Positions 10,496 to 21,047 of a stretch of DNA of 64,000 bases are shown piece by piece. The translations under genes were made by a program, and so were the position numbers. Source of the DNA: an uncultured Flavobacteriaceae bacterium (GTDB taxonomy: Bacteria > Bacteroidota > Bacteroidia > Flavobacteriales > Flavobacteriaceae); NCBI GenBank assembly GCA_963779835.1, contig CAVZZT010000005.1:110747-174746 (forward strand), in the 5' to 3' direction. The stretch's first letter is position 1; each line of letters starts with the position of its first letter. Below the pieces are notes generated by a model. The model ran no database searches and was not told the origin of the DNA. It saw only the letters and a list, made by a program, of their open reading frames with translations.

Positions 10496-10732
10496 TTATT
10501 TCTTAGCGTCTTCGATATATGAAATTGCCTGACCTACAGTAGCAATATTTTCAGCTTGATCGTCTGGGATTTGAATATCAAATTCCTTTTCGAATTCCAT
10601 GATCAATTCTACTGTGTCTAGTGAATCAGCACCCAAGTCGTTGGTGAAGCTGGCTTCGTTTACAACTTCATTCTCGTCAACTCCTAATTTGTCAACGATA
10701 ATAGCTTTTACTCTTGATGCAATGTCTGACAT
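10496..10732 (-). CDS. acpP: Acyl carrier protein
   Basis: [12 protein letters not shown]. Confidence 0.98.
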   Translation of the reverse strand: MSDIASRVKAIIVDKLGVDENEVVNEASFTNDLGADSLDTVELIMEFEKEFDIQIPDDQAENIATVGQAISYIEDAKK

Positions 10733-10879
10733 AATTTTTTATTTTAATTTTGATTAGGTGGCAAAAATAAAAAACTTTATTTTAAAACCGATTTTTACTC
10801 TAAAAATGTGGTGTTAATTTACATAAAATTCGTTGAAAGCCTTTAATTTTACATCCCAATAAATGTTAACAGCCTTATT

Positions 10880-11476
10880 TTGAGCGATAAAACAAAAAAG
10901 ACCACAAAAAAAATTGTGATTTTTGCTTCAGGTTCAGGTACCAACGCCGAAAATATCATAAAATACTTCCAGAATGCTGATAATATCGAGGTTTCAGCGG
11001 TTTTTTCGAACCGGAGATCTGCAGGTGCTTTGAAAAAAGCCCATGATCTAAGTGTAAAATCTCTTCTATTTGATCGCGAAGCATTCTATCATTCTAACGA
11101 TATTTTGAACCTTTTGAAAGATATGAAACCAGATCTTATCGTTTTGGCTGGTTTTTTATGGTTGTTCCCTTCAGCGATCATTCAGGAGTTCCCAGATAAA
11201 ATCATAAACATTCACCCGGCATTACTTCCAAAATATGGAGGAAAGGGTATGTATGGTTCAAAAGTTCATGAAACTGTAATTAAGGAAGGAGAAAAAGAAA
11301 GCGGCATTACCATCCATTATGTCAACGAAAAATACGACGAAGGAAATACTATTTTTCAGGCAACTACTTCCATAGAGAAACATGATACTTCAGAAAGCCT
11401 GGCCGGCAAAATACACCAGTTGGAATACAAACATTTTCCGGAAGTTATTCAGCAACTACTAGAACAAACCAAATAG
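10880..11476 (+). CDS. purN: Phosphoribosylglycinamide formyltransferase
   Basis: FASGSGTN, LAGF, NIHPALLP, YDEG; TTG start. Confidence 0.95.
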   Translation: MSDKTKKTTKKIVIFASGSGTNAENIIKYFQNADNIEVSAVFSNRRSAGALKKAHDLSVKSLLFDREAFYHSNDILNLLKDMKPDLIVLAGFLWLFPSAIIQEFPDKIINIHPALLPKYGGKGMYGSKVHETVIKEGEKESGITIHYVNEKYDEGNTIFQATTSIEKHDTSESLAGKIHQLEYKHFPEVIQQLLEQTK

Positions 11477-11940
11477 TGCATCCACCTAAAGTTCATATTT
11501 ACACCGATGGAGCCGCAAGAGGAAATCCGGGACCGGGAGGTTTCGGCGTGGTCATGGAATGGGTTGGCAAGCCCTATAAAAAAGAATATGCCCAGGGTTT
11601 TAAGCTTACTACCAACAACCGAATGGAGCTGATGGCTGTGATCGTGGCTATGAGCAAACTTAAAAATCCCGGCACACCGGCGAAAGTCTTCACAGATTCT
11701 AAATATGTGGCAGATGCTGTTAATAAAGGCTGGGTGTTTAACTGGGAGAAGAAGAATTTTGCTAATCGAAAGAACACCGATCTATGGAAGGCATTTTTAA
11801 AAGTCTTCCGAAGACATGAGGTGCAATTTCAATGGATCAAGGGTCATAACGACCATCCTCAAAATGAGCGATGCGATGCTCTGGCGGTAATGGCTTCCAA
11901 GGGAAAAGACCTTTTAGAAGATACCGGTTACAAAGCTTAA
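11476..11940 (+). CDS. rnhA: Ribonuclease HI
   Basis: YTDGAARGNPGPGG, TNNRMEL, WIKGH, NERCD. Confidence 0.97.
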   Translation: MHPPKVHIYTDGAARGNPGPGGFGVVMEWVGKPYKKEYAQGFKLTTNNRMELMAVIVAMSKLKNPGTPAKVFTDSKYVADAVNKGWVFNWEKKNFANRKNTDLWKAFLKVFRRHEVQFQWIKGHNDHPQNERCDALAVMASKGKDLLEDTGYKA

Positions 11941-12015
11941 CATTTTGGACCTTCTTTGAGGTTTACAGCTTGAAAAACAAACTGTATATTTGCAGCGACA
12001 TTTTTAAAACCCGTT

Positions 12016-12939
12016 ATGAGTAAATTACTTATTGTTGGAACCGTTGCGTTCGATGCTATTGAAACTCCTTTTGGAAAAACAGATAAAATTCTTGGTGGTG
12101 CAGGAACCTATATAGGACTCTCTGCTTCAAATTTTGATATAGACAGTGCTGTGGTTTCTGTCGTGGGAGATGACTTTCCTCAGGAATATCTTGACCTGAT
12201 GAAAAATAACAATATCAACATAGATGGTATTGAAGTAGTAGAAGGAGGGAAAACATTTTTCTGGAGAGGTAAATACCATAACGATCTTAATAGTAGAGAT
12301 ACTCTGGACACCCAATTAAATGTCCTGGCCAATTTCAATCCTGTTGTTCCTGAAAATTATAAAGATTCTGAATATGTGATGTTAGGAAATCTACATCCTC
12401 TAGTGCAGCTTAGTGTTCTGGAGCAGGTGGAAAGTCCAAAACTTGTAGTTCTGGATACCATGAATTTCTGGATGGATAATACTCTGGAAGATCTTAAAAA
12501 GGTAATCGCAAAAGTGGATGTGATCACCATTAATGATGAAGAAGCAAGACAACTTTCCGGAGAATATTCTTTAGTAAAAGCAGCCAGAAAGATCGAAGAG
12601 ATGGGCCCTAAATATGTAGTGATCAAAAAAGGCGAGCACGGAGCCCTGCTTTTTCATGAAGACCAGATATTTTTTGCACCAGCCCTTCCATTGGAAGAAG
12701 TATTTGATCCAACCGGAGCAGGAGATACTTTTGCTGGAGGTTTCATAGGCTATCTCGCCAGAACGGGAGACATCTCTTTTGAAAATATGAAAAGTGCCAT
12801 TATATACGGCTCTAACCTGGCTTCCTTCTGTGTTGAGAAATTTGGAACCGAACGGATGCAGGAACTATCCGATTCCGAAATGAATCAAAGGCTTCAGGAT
12901 TTTAAGAAGCTAACACAATTCGAAACGCAACTAGATTAA
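12016..12939 (+). CDS. PfkB family carbohydrate/nucleoside kinase
   Basis: GGAGTY and DPTGAGDTFAGG. Confidence 0.92.
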   Translation: MSKLLIVGTVAFDAIETPFGKTDKILGGAGTYIGLSASNFDIDSAVVSVVGDDFPQEYLDLMKNNNINIDGIEVVEGGKTFFWRGKYHNDLNSRDTLDTQLNVLANFNPVVPENYKDSEYVMLGNLHPLVQLSVLEQVESPKLVVLDTMNFWMDNTLEDLKKVIAKVDVITINDEEARQLSGEYSLVKAARKIEEMGPKYVVIKKGEHGALLFHEDQIFFAPALPLEEVFDPTGAGDTFAGGFIGYLARTGDISFENMKSAIIYGSNLASFCVEKFGTERMQELSDSEMNQRLQDFKKLTQFETQLD

Positions 12940-12945
12940 TATAAC

Positions 12946-12970
12946 GCCCTGTAATTTCAGGGCTTTTTTT
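12946..12970 (+). terminator. Terminator-like hairpin between the pfkB-family gene and purF
   Basis: GCCCTG/CAGGGC stem followed by T7. Confidence 0.6.
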
Positions 12971-13008
12971 GTGACAAACACAACAACATTCCAAAAAGGA
13001 ACCATAGT

Positions 13009-14907
13009 ATGAGTGATGCTCTAAAACACGAATGCGGAATTGCGCATATACGACTTTTAAAACCTCTTGATTATTACAAAGAAAAATACGGGACTGCATT
13101 TTATGGCGTAAATAAAATGTACCTGATGATGGAAAAACAGCACAACCGCGGCCAGGATGGTGCCGGTTTTGCAAGCATCAAACTAAACACAATTCCAGGA
13201 GAAAGATACATCAGCCGGGTTAGATCTAATGCAGCGCAGCCAATCCAGGATATTTTTGCGCAGATCAATCAAAGGATCAATGATGAAATAAAAGCAAATC
13301 CTGAATATGCCGAGGATACAGAACTTCAAAAAAGATATATCCCTTATTTAGGAGAGGTTTTCCTGGGACATGTGAGATATGGAACCTTCGGAAAGAATAG
13401 TATTGAAAGTGTTCACCCATTTCTTAGACAGAACAACTGGATGCACCGTAACCTTATCGTTGCAGGGAATTTCAATATGACCAACGTGAATAAGCTTTTC
13501 AATAATCTTGTTGAACTTGGTCAGCACCCAAAAGAAAGAGCCGATACCGTTACTGTTATGGAAAAGATCGGTCATTTTTTGGATTCTGAAGTTCGTAAAT
13601 TATACAAGAAACTAAAGAAAGAAGGCTACTCAAAGGTTGAAGCATCCCCGGTAATAGCAGAAAAACTAAATGTAGCTAAGATCCTTAGAAAATCTTCGAA
13701 AGACTGGGATGGTGGTTATGCCATGGCCGGATTAATCGGGCATGGTGATTCCTTTGTTTTACGTGATCCAGCCGGAATAAGACCGGCATACTATTATAAA
13801 GATGATGAAGTGGTGGTGGTAGCCTCAGAAAGACCGGTAATACAAACAGTTTTTAATGTAGACTTTAAAGACGTTCATGAACTTCCCCCTGGAAATGCGA
13901 TTATCACCAAGAAAAATGGTACGGTTTCTATTAAAGAAATCATTGAACCTCTTGAAAGAAAAGCATGTTCCTTTGAACGTATCTACTTTTCAAGAGGTAG
14001 TGATGCTGAAATCTATGAAGAACGAAAAATGCTTGGTAGACTTTTAATGCCAGATGTTTTAAAATCAATAGAACATGACACTTTAAAAACCGTTTTTTCA
14101 TTTATTCCAAACACGGCGGAAACTTCATTCTATGGAATGGTGGAAGCGGCACAGGATGAATTGAACAAGCAAAAGAATGAGGCGATTCTTGAAGAAAAAG
14201 AAACCCTAACAGATGCCAGACTTCAAGAGATACTTTCTCATAGATTAAGAACTGAGAAGATTGCTATAAAAGATGTCAAACTAAGAACATTTATAACAGA
14301 AGACAGCAGCAGAGATGATCTTGTAGCCCATGTGTATGATGTTACTTATGGCGTTGTTCAACCTGATGATAATCTCGTAATAATCGATGATAGTATTGTA
14401 AGAGGAACTACTCTTAAAAAGAGTATCATCAAGATGATGGACAGGTTAAAACCAAAAAAGATCGTAGTGGTTTCTTCTGCTCCTCAAATTAGATATCCCG
14501 ACTGTTATGGAATTGATATGGCTCGCCTGGAAGATCTGGTAGCATTTAGGGCAGCTCTTGAATTATTAAAAGACAACAATAAATTCGATGTTGTTGAAAA
14601 GGTATATAACAAATGTAAGGAGCAGGTTGATCTTGATGATAAGGAAGTACAGAATTTTGTAAAGGAAATCTATGAGCCCTTTACAGATGAAGAAATTTCC
14701 GATAAAATATCAGATTTACTGTGTGACAAGAATGTGAATGCTGATGTAAAAGTAATCTATCAAACAGTAGACAATCTTCATAAGGCCTGCCCTAAAAATC
14801 TGGGAGACTGGTACTTTACAGGTGATTATCCTACTGCAGGTGGAAACAGGGTTGTAAACCGGGCATTTATGAACTTTTTCGAAGGCAAAAAGGACAGAGC
14901 CTATTAA
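13009..14907 (+). CDS. purF: Amidophosphoribosyltransferase (Bacteroidetes long form)
   Basis: HECGI N-terminal nucleophile, QHNRGQDGAG, GHVRY, CSFERIYF, DDSIVRGTT. Confidence 0.95.
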   Translation: MSDALKHECGIAHIRLLKPLDYYKEKYGTAFYGVNKMYLMMEKQHNRGQDGAGFASIKLNTIPGERYISRVRSNAAQPIQDIFAQINQRINDEIKANPEYAEDTELQKRYIPYLGEVFLGHVRYGTFGKNSIESVHPFLRQNNWMHRNLIVAGNFNMTNVNKLFNNLVELGQHPKERADTVTVMEKIGHFLDSEVRKLYKKLKKEGYSKVEASPVIAEKLNVAKILRKSSKDWDGGYAMAGLIGHGDSFVLRDPAGIRPAYYYKDDEVVVVASERPVIQTVFNVDFKDVHELPPGNAIITKKNGTVSIKEIIEPLERKACSFERIYFSRGSDAEIYEERKMLGRLLMPDVLKSIEHDTLKTVFSFIPNTAETSFYGMVEAAQDELNKQKNEAILEEKETLTDARLQEILSHRLRTEKIAIKDVKLRTFITEDSSRDDLVAHVYDVTYGVVQPDDNLVIIDDSIVRGTTLKKSIIKMMDRLKPKKIVVVSSAPQIRYPDCYGIDMARLEDLVAFRAALELLKDNNKFDVVEKVYNKCKEQVDLDDKEVQNFVKEIYEPFTDEEISDKISDLLCDKNVNADVKVIYQTVDNLHKACPKNLGDWYFTGDYPTAGGNRVVNRAFMNFFEGKKDRAY

Positions 14908-14984
14908 AACTACCATTAAACTAAAATACCTGCACTTTATCTAATATTCTTTGTGCATCCTATTATTCTATCTACTTTAGTATT

Positions 14985-15056
14985 GCCATAACATAAGTAG
15001 GTTAAGTTCATGGTAGATTTGGGGCAAAAAAAGGTGGATTCATTCCGCCTTTTTTT
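14985..15056 (+). ncRNA. Putative sRNA, copy 1
   Basis: TACTTTAG (14973-80) -7-like element, 5' hairpin, GGTGGA/TCCGCC + T-tract terminator. Confidence 0.7.
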
Positions 15057-15194
15057 ATTTTCGGCTGAATTAAATTTGTAAAAAAATAAGGTCTATTTTT
15101 TAAACAAAAATTTGATTTTCAGTCACTTAACTAATTTTTAAGCTCTTTGTCTAAAATTTAGTAAACACAGAATCTTTCTTAGTATCTTTATAAT

Positions 15195-15267
15195 ACCATA
15201 GCATAAGTAGGTTAAGTTCATGGTAGATTTGGGGCAAAAAAAGGTGGAATTCATTCCGCCTTTTTTT
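15195..15267 (+). ncRNA. Putative sRNA, copy 2
   Basis: TATCTTTA -7-like element at the same spacing; same hairpin and terminator. Confidence 0.7.
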
Positions 15268-15395
15268 ATGGGATAAACTCAAATACAAAAGCGCAAATAG
15301 ATCTCCATAAAACTGTTTTACAGCTATTTAACTATTTTATAGGTATTTCATCTAAAAACCGAAATCATATGAATTATTCGCTTTATATTCACTGT

Positions 15396-15467
15396 ACCAT
15401 AGCATAAGTAGGTTAAGTTCATGGTAGATTTGGGGCAAAAAAAGGTGGATTCATTCCGCCTTTTTTT
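15396..15467 (+). ncRNA. Putative sRNA, copy 3
   Basis: TATATTCA element at the same spacing; same hairpin and terminator. Confidence 0.7.
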
Positions 15468-15596
15468 ATGGGATAAACTCAAATACAAAAGCGCAAAAAG
15501 CTCTTCAAAAAACTGTATTTCAGTATTTTAACTATTTTTACAGGCATTTCATCTAAAAAGTAATTTCATATCGATTATTCGTTTTATATTCACTCT

Positions 15597-15670
15597 ACCA
15601 TAGCATAAGTAGGTTAAGTTCATGGTAGATTTGGGGCAAAAAAAGGTGGAATTTCATTCCGCCTTTTTTT
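15597..15670 (+). ncRNA. Putative sRNA, copy 4
   Basis: TATATTCA element at the same spacing; same hairpin and terminator. Confidence 0.7.
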
Positions 15671-15693
15671 ATGGATCTAATTCATATAAAAAC

Positions 15694-15722
15694 AAAAAAA
15701 AGACCGCCAAAAGCGGTCTTTT
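15694..15722 (-). terminator. sodA terminator
   Basis: AAAAGACCGC/GCGGTCTTTT stem with an A8 tract (U-tract on the minus strand). Confidence 0.85.
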
Positions 15723-15741
15723 CAATTTTTAGAATAAAATA

Positions 15742-16350
15742 TTATTTAGCTTTTGCATAACGACTGGATACTTCTTTCCAGTCTATCACATTGAAAAATG
15801 CATCAATATAATCAGGACGTTTGTTCTGGTAATTTAGGTAATAAGCATGTTCCCATACATCAATACCTAAAATTGGAGCTCCTCCACATCCTACTTCGGG
15901 CATAAGTGGATTATCCTGATTTGGAGTAGAACAAACTTCTACTTTTCCTCCGCTGTGCACACAAAGCCATGCCCATCCAGAACCAAACTGTCCGGCCGCA
16001 GCTTTAGAGAATTCTTCTTTAAAAGCTTCAAAAGAACCATAAGCACTATCAATTGCACTTGCTAATTCTCCTTCTGGTTTTCCGCCACCATTTGGAGACA
16101 TGATTTCCCAGAAAAGGCTGTGGTTATAAAATCCACCACCATTATTTCTAACAGCTTTATTAGACATATCAAGATTCTTTAAAATATTCTCGATATTTTT
16201 TCCATCCATATCAGTTCCTTCAATGGCAGCATTTAATTTACTAGTATAACCTGCGTGATGCTTTCCATGATGTATTTCCATTGTTCTGGCATCAATATGT
16301 GGTTCCAATGCATCAAACGCATATTTTAATTTTGGTAATTCAAAAGACAT
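15742..16350 (-). CDS. sodA: Mn/Fe superoxide dismutase, probably Mn-type
   Basis: [22 protein letters not shown]. Confidence 0.93.
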   Translation of the reverse strand: MSFELPKLKYAFDALEPHIDARTMEIHHGKHHAGYTSKLNAAIEGTDMDGKNIENILKNLDMSNKAVRNNGGGFYNHSLFWEIMSPNGGGKPEGELASAIDSAYGSFEAFKEEFSKAAAGQFGSGWAWLCVHSGGKVEVCSTPNQDNPLMPEVGCGGAPILGIDVWEHAYYLNYQNKRPDYIDAFFNVIDWKEVSSRYAKAK

Positions 16351-16525
16351 AATTATCTGATTTTTTAGTGATTAGTACTTAAATTCACCCAAATTTAGCC
16401 ATTCAGCTATTTAAAGGAAATTTTTTAGTGTTATAAAATACTTAAAAGCACAGCTGCTTTAAAAGTCATTTTTATCTTAAATTTAAACTTTTGGACACTC
16501 GCTAATTTCAATAATACTGTACTTT

Positions 16526-19500
16526 TTGAAAAACTCCTTTAATATTTATAACGCTTCGGCTGGATCTGGAAAAACCTTTACCCTTGTAAAGGAATACCTT
16601 ACGTTGCTTTTTACTTCTCATAAGAAGGACCGATATAAAAATATACTTGCGATTACCTTTACCAATAAGGCCGTTGCAGAAATGAAAACCAGGATCATTG
16701 ATAGCCTGGCCGAATTTTCAAAACCTGACCCAAATCCTGAAAACAATCCGCTTTTAAAAGTAATTTCTGAAGAAACCGGCCTGAAACCTGAAGAAATTAG
16801 AAAGAAATCAATAGAAATATTAAAAAGTATCATTCACAACTACGCTGCTTTTGAAATTTCAACAATTGATGGGTTTACACACAGAGTTCTTAGAACTTTC
16901 GCCAGGGATCTTGGAATCCCCATGAATTTTGAGGTGGAATTAGGCGCGGAAGAAGTATTACTGGAAGCCGTGGACAGCCTGATCAATAAAGCCGGTTCAG
17001 ATAAAAAGTTAACTAAAGTTCTTGTAGATTATACTCTTTCAAAAACTGATGATGATAAAAGCTGGGATATAAGCCGGGACCTTTTTAGTATTTCAAAATT
17101 GCTGATCAACGAGAATCATCAAAAAGAGATTCAATTACTTAAACCTAAGACCCTGGAGGATTTCGAAAAATTTGGAAAAAAATTAAGGGGCGATATAAAA
17201 ACAGCTGAAGAACTCATAAAAGTTTCAGCTGAAAGGTTCTTTGATCTGCTAAATGAGAATGGAATTGAAGAAAGCGATTTCAGTGGTCAATATGTTCCAA
17301 AACACTTTAGAAAGCTTCAATCGGGAACCGTAGCTGTGAATTTTAACGCCAAATGGGCCGAAAATATCGGGACTGCTTCACTATACCCAAAGAAAGCCAG
17401 TGAGGATGCAAAACTTGCCATAGATGGAATTCAGAATGATATTGTTGAAATTTTCAATTCCTCTAAACAGGCTTACTTCCAGGTAGAGTTTTTGAAAGAG
17501 ATCAAAAAGAATCTCGTTCAACTCTCACTACTCAATGAAATAAACCGTGAAGTTGAAGTGATCAAAAAAGACAGGAATCTTGTGCTGATCTCTGAATTCA
17601 ATCCAAAAATAAGTGAAGAGGTCAAGGATCAACCTGCTCCTTTTATCTATGAACGTCTTGGAGAACGATATCAGCATTATTTTGTAGATGAGTTCCAGGA
17701 TACTTCTATTATGCAATGGGAAAACCTGATTCCGCTTATTGACCATAATTTATCTGAGACCCAGAACGTTTCCAGTCTTACAATCGTTGGTGATGCCAAG
17801 CAAAGTATTTATCGCTGGCGCGGAGGAAGAGCCGAACAGCTAATTGATCTAAGCAGTAAAAAGAAAAATCCATTTCAGGTTGAACCAAATGTGGTGAATC
17901 TACCCGACAACTTTAGAAGTGGATCTGAAGTTGTTAACTTCAACAATAGCTTTTTCAAATTTGCCGCCAACGCGCTAAGTTTTCCGGAATATTCAGAGCT
18001 GTTTCTGGCTTCCGCTCAGAATCCTAAAAAAGGGGATTTCGGGTATGTAAACATTAGTTTTATTGAAACTGTAAACCGGAGCGAAGAATTCGAGATATAT
18101 CCTGAAAAAATACTGGATATCATTAAAAAACTTGATGATAAAGGATTCAACCGAAAAGATATTTGTATCCTAACCCGAAAAAGAAGCGAAGGTGTTGCGA
18201 TTGCTGAATTTTTAAGTGAGCACGCCATATCAGTGATTTCTTCGGAAACGCTTCTTCTTTCACAATCTCCCGAGGTGAAATTTATCATTGATTTACTTCG
18301 ATTTTCCCTGAATCCGGAAGATGATAAGCTGAAACTTGAAATATTTGATTACCTGGCTGAAAATTATATTTCAGAAGAAGACAGCTATCAACTACTAGTT
18401 GAAAACCTACCGAAAAATGGTGGGGAGTTTTTTACCTGGCTTTCCAATTATGATCTTACATTTAATTTAAATGAATTAAAAAGGCTCTCTCTATATGAAT
18501 CTGTAGAATACATAATACGAAGTTTCAAGCTCGTAAAAGATTCCAACGCATATATTCAATTTTTCCTTGATTTCGTTTTTGAAACCACGCAAAAAACCTC
18601 GAACGGACTGAATGATTTTCTTGAGAAATGGGAACAGAAAAAGGACAAGCTGAGTATCGTGGTTCCCGAAACTGATAATGCTGTTCAGATCATGACCATT
18701 CATAAATCGAAAGGTCTGGAGTTTCCGTTAGTAATTTATCCTTTTGCAAATTCAGAATTACAGGATACGAGAAATGACAATCTATGGCTGGATATTAACG
18801 ATGAAAATATCCCGGTAGCTTACGTAAGTGCCTCCCAAAAGATGTTAAACTGGAATGAAAATGCAGCCAGCAAATATAAAGATCTGCTTTATAAAAACGA
18901 ATTAGATGCCCTCAATGTGCTGTATGTGGCATGTACAAGAGCAGCTCAACAACTATATATTATTTCCAATTATCATCCAAAGCCTAAAAATTCATCCAAT
19001 GTTCCAGACCTGTTAATGGATTATCTCCGAGCTTCCGATAAATGGAATGATAGCTTAGAGTACGAGTTTGGGACTTCCGAGAAATTATTTGAGTCTAAGA
19101 AAACAAGTGATTCGAGCATATCGCCGTCACATTTTTATTCCTCTTCAACCCAAAACCAAGCCGTGAATATTGTGACCAGATCTGGCTCACTATGGGATTC
19201 TAAGCAACAGGAAGCCATTGAAAAAGGTGAAATTGCACACGAGATCCTGGCCAGGGTTGATAAAGTTTCAGATCTTGAAAATGCCGTTAATTGGGCTGTA
19301 AACTCAGGGATGATCACCACAGATTCTAAAGAAGAGATCACCAGTCTTATTTCAGGTATCATTCATCATCCCGATTTAGAGCAATATTATTCCGAAGAGG
19401 TTACTAATTTTAATGAGAAGGAACTTATTACCACTACTGGAGAAAGGCTGAGACCAGACAGGATCAACTTCAAAAATAATAAGGTGAGCATCATAGATTA

Positions 19501-19636
19501 CAAAACAGGAGGGTTTGTAGATACTCACACTAAACAAATCTCAAATTATGCTGATGCCCTTAGTTCAATGGGCTATGAAGTTGAAAATTGTTTGCTGGTT
19601 TACACCAATGATCCTATTATGATCAAGAATGTCTAA
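16526..19636 (+). CDS. UvrD-family helicase/nuclease (AddA-like)
   Basis: ASAGSGKT, TFTNKA, VDEFQDTS, VGDAKQSIYRWRG, TIHKSKGLE, C-terminal RPD...IIDYKTG. Confidence 0.92.
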   Translation: MKNSFNIYNASAGSGKTFTLVKEYLTLLFTSHKKDRYKNILAITFTNKAVAEMKTRIIDSLAEFSKPDPNPENNPLLKVISEETGLKPEEIRKKSIEILKSIIHNYAAFEISTIDGFTHRVLRTFARDLGIPMNFEVELGAEEVLLEAVDSLINKAGSDKKLTKVLVDYTLSKTDDDKSWDISRDLFSISKLLINENHQKEIQLLKPKTLEDFEKFGKKLRGDIKTAEELIKVSAERFFDLLNENGIEESDFSGQYVPKHFRKLQSGTVAVNFNAKWAENIGTASLYPKKASEDAKLAIDGIQNDIVEIFNSSKQAYFQVEFLKEIKKNLVQLSLLNEINREVEVIKKDRNLVLISEFNPKISEEVKDQPAPFIYERLGERYQHYFVDEFQDTSIMQWENLIPLIDHNLSETQNVSSLTIVGDAKQSIYRWRGGRAEQLIDLSSKKKNPFQVEPNVVNLPDNFRSGSEVVNFNNSFFKFAANALSFPEYSELFLASAQNPKKGDFGYVNISFIETVNRSEEFEIYPEKILDIIKKLDDKGFNRKDICILTRKRSEGVAIAEFLSEHAISVISSETLLLSQSPEVKFIIDLLRFSLNPEDDKLKLEIFDYLAENYISEEDSYQLLVENLPKNGGEFFTWLSNYDLTFNLNELKRLSLYESVEYIIRSFKLVKDSNAYIQFFLDFVFETTQKTSNGLNDFLEKWEQKKDKLSIVVPETDNAVQIMTIHKSKGLEFPLVIYPFANSELQDTRNDNLWLDINDENIPVAYVSASQKMLNWNENAASKYKDLLYKNELDALNVLYVACTRAAQQLYIISNYHPKPKNSSNVPDLLMDYLRASDKWNDSLEYEFGTSEKLFESKKTSDSSISPSHFYSSSTQNQAVNIVTRSGSLWDSKQQEAIEKGEIAHEILARVDKVSDLENAVNWAVNSGMITTDSKEEITSLISGIIHHPDLEQYYSEEVTNFNEKELITTTGERLRPDRINFKNNKVSIIDYKTGGFVDTHTKQISNYADALSSMGYEVENCLLVYTNDPIMIKNV

Positions 19637-19668
19637 AAGAAATTTAAATTTGTGAAAAATAATCAACT

Positions 19669-20862
19669 ATGTACGGAGCAATAAAACAACATTTAGAAAA
19701 GGAAATTGAAGAAATTAAGGAAGACGGGCTCTATAAAAGAGAAAGAATCATTACTGGGCCTCAGGATGCTGTTATAAAAATATCAACTGGACAGGAGGTA
19801 ATTAACTTCTGTGCAAATAACTATTTAGGATTGTCTTCCCACCCGGAAGTGATCCAGGCGGCAAAAGATACTATGGACTCGCATGGTTTCGGAATGTCCA
19901 GTGTAAGATTCATCTGCGGTACTCAGGATATTCATAAAGAACTTGAACAAAAAATATCAGACTTTTATGGAACTGAAGATACCATTCTATATGCAGCCTG
20001 TTTCGATGCGAATGGAGGAATCTTTGAGCCATTATTAACCGCCGAAGACGCGATAATATCAGATTCACTGAACCATGCCTCTATCATTGATGGAGTTAGG
20101 TTATGTAAAGCTGCCAGATATCGGTACGCAAACGGAAACATGGAAGATCTTGAAGAGCAATTAATAGCAGCTAATGAGAAAGGTGCCCGCTTCAAGATTA
20201 TTGTTACCGACGGCGTATTTTCAATGGACGGATTGGTAGCGCCGCTGGATAAAATCTGCGATCTGGCTGACAAATATGACGCTATGGTAATGATCGACGA
20301 ATGTCACGCTACCGGTTTTATCGGAGAACAGGGTATTGGTACTCTAGAAGAAAAAGGAGTGTTAGACAGAGTTGACATTATTACCGGAACATTAGGTAAG
20401 GCACTTGGTGGAGCTATGGGAGGATACACCACTGCAAAAAAGGAAATTATCGATTTACTTAGACAAAGGTCCAGGCCTTATTTATTTTCAAATTCTTTAG
20501 CCCCGGCAATAGTGGGAGCCTCTATTAAAGTTTTTGATATGTTGAAAGAAGATGATAGCCTTAGAAAAAAACTAAAAGAGAATACCGCCTACTTTAAAAA
20601 AGAAATAAAGGATGCAGGTTTTGAAATAATAGACGGTGAATCTGCAATTGTGCCGGTTATGCTTCATGATGCTAAACTTTCCCAGGATATGGCTGATAAA
20701 TTACTGGAAGAAGGGATCTATGTAATTGGTTTCTTTTATCCCGTGGTTCCAAAGGGAAAAGCAAGAATAAGAGTGCAATTGTCTGCCGCTCATGATAAAG
20801 AACATTTGGATAAAGCCATAGCAGCATTTAAAAAAGTTGGAAAGGACCTAAAGGTAATTTAA
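19669..20862 (+). CDS. kbl: Glycine C-acetyltransferase
   Basis: [35 protein letters not shown]. Confidence 0.96.
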   Translation: MYGAIKQHLEKEIEEIKEDGLYKRERIITGPQDAVIKISTGQEVINFCANNYLGLSSHPEVIQAAKDTMDSHGFGMSSVRFICGTQDIHKELEQKISDFYGTEDTILYAACFDANGGIFEPLLTAEDAIISDSLNHASIIDGVRLCKAARYRYANGNMEDLEEQLIAANEKGARFKIIVTDGVFSMDGLVAPLDKICDLADKYDAMVMIDECHATGFIGEQGIGTLEEKGVLDRVDIITGTLGKALGGAMGGYTTAKKEIIDLLRQRSRPYLFSNSLAPAIVGASIKVFDMLKEDDSLRKKLKENTAYFKKEIKDAGFEIIDGESAIVPVMLHDAKLSQDMADKLLEEGIYVIGFFYPVVPKGKARIRVQLSAAHDKEHLDKAIAAFKKVGKDLKVI

Positions 20863-21047
20863 CAAGTTTCCGTACTTAAAAATACTATAAATTATTGTCG
20901 ATATAGTTGATAATCAACTAATAAAAGACATATAAAACCCTTGGAAACGCGCTGTAATTAAGAAAACTTTATTATTTTTACCTTTGTTAATATACATTAA
21001 GCATATACTTTTGCTTACAATTAACACTTAAAACTAAACTATTAAAT

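Larger units (their letters stand above)
14984..15670 (+). repeat. Tandem array of four ~73-nt conserved units at periods of 210, 201 and 201 bp
   Basis: Core CATAAGTAGGTTAAGTTCATGGTAGATTTGGGGCAAAAAAAGGTGGA is identical in all four; the last two spacers are clearly related but diverged. Confidence 0.97.

Noticed and set aside
15421-15531. Peptide MVDLGQKKVDSFRLFL... starting inside the repeat core
   Set aside because: Terminator-loop indels shift the frame between copies and the ORF runs through the terminator
14984-15670. CRISPR array or type III antitoxin interpretation of the four repeats
   Set aside because: Repeats are ~73 nt and each ends in a terminator; spacers are ~130 bp and two are homologous; no cas or ToxN-like gene is adjacent
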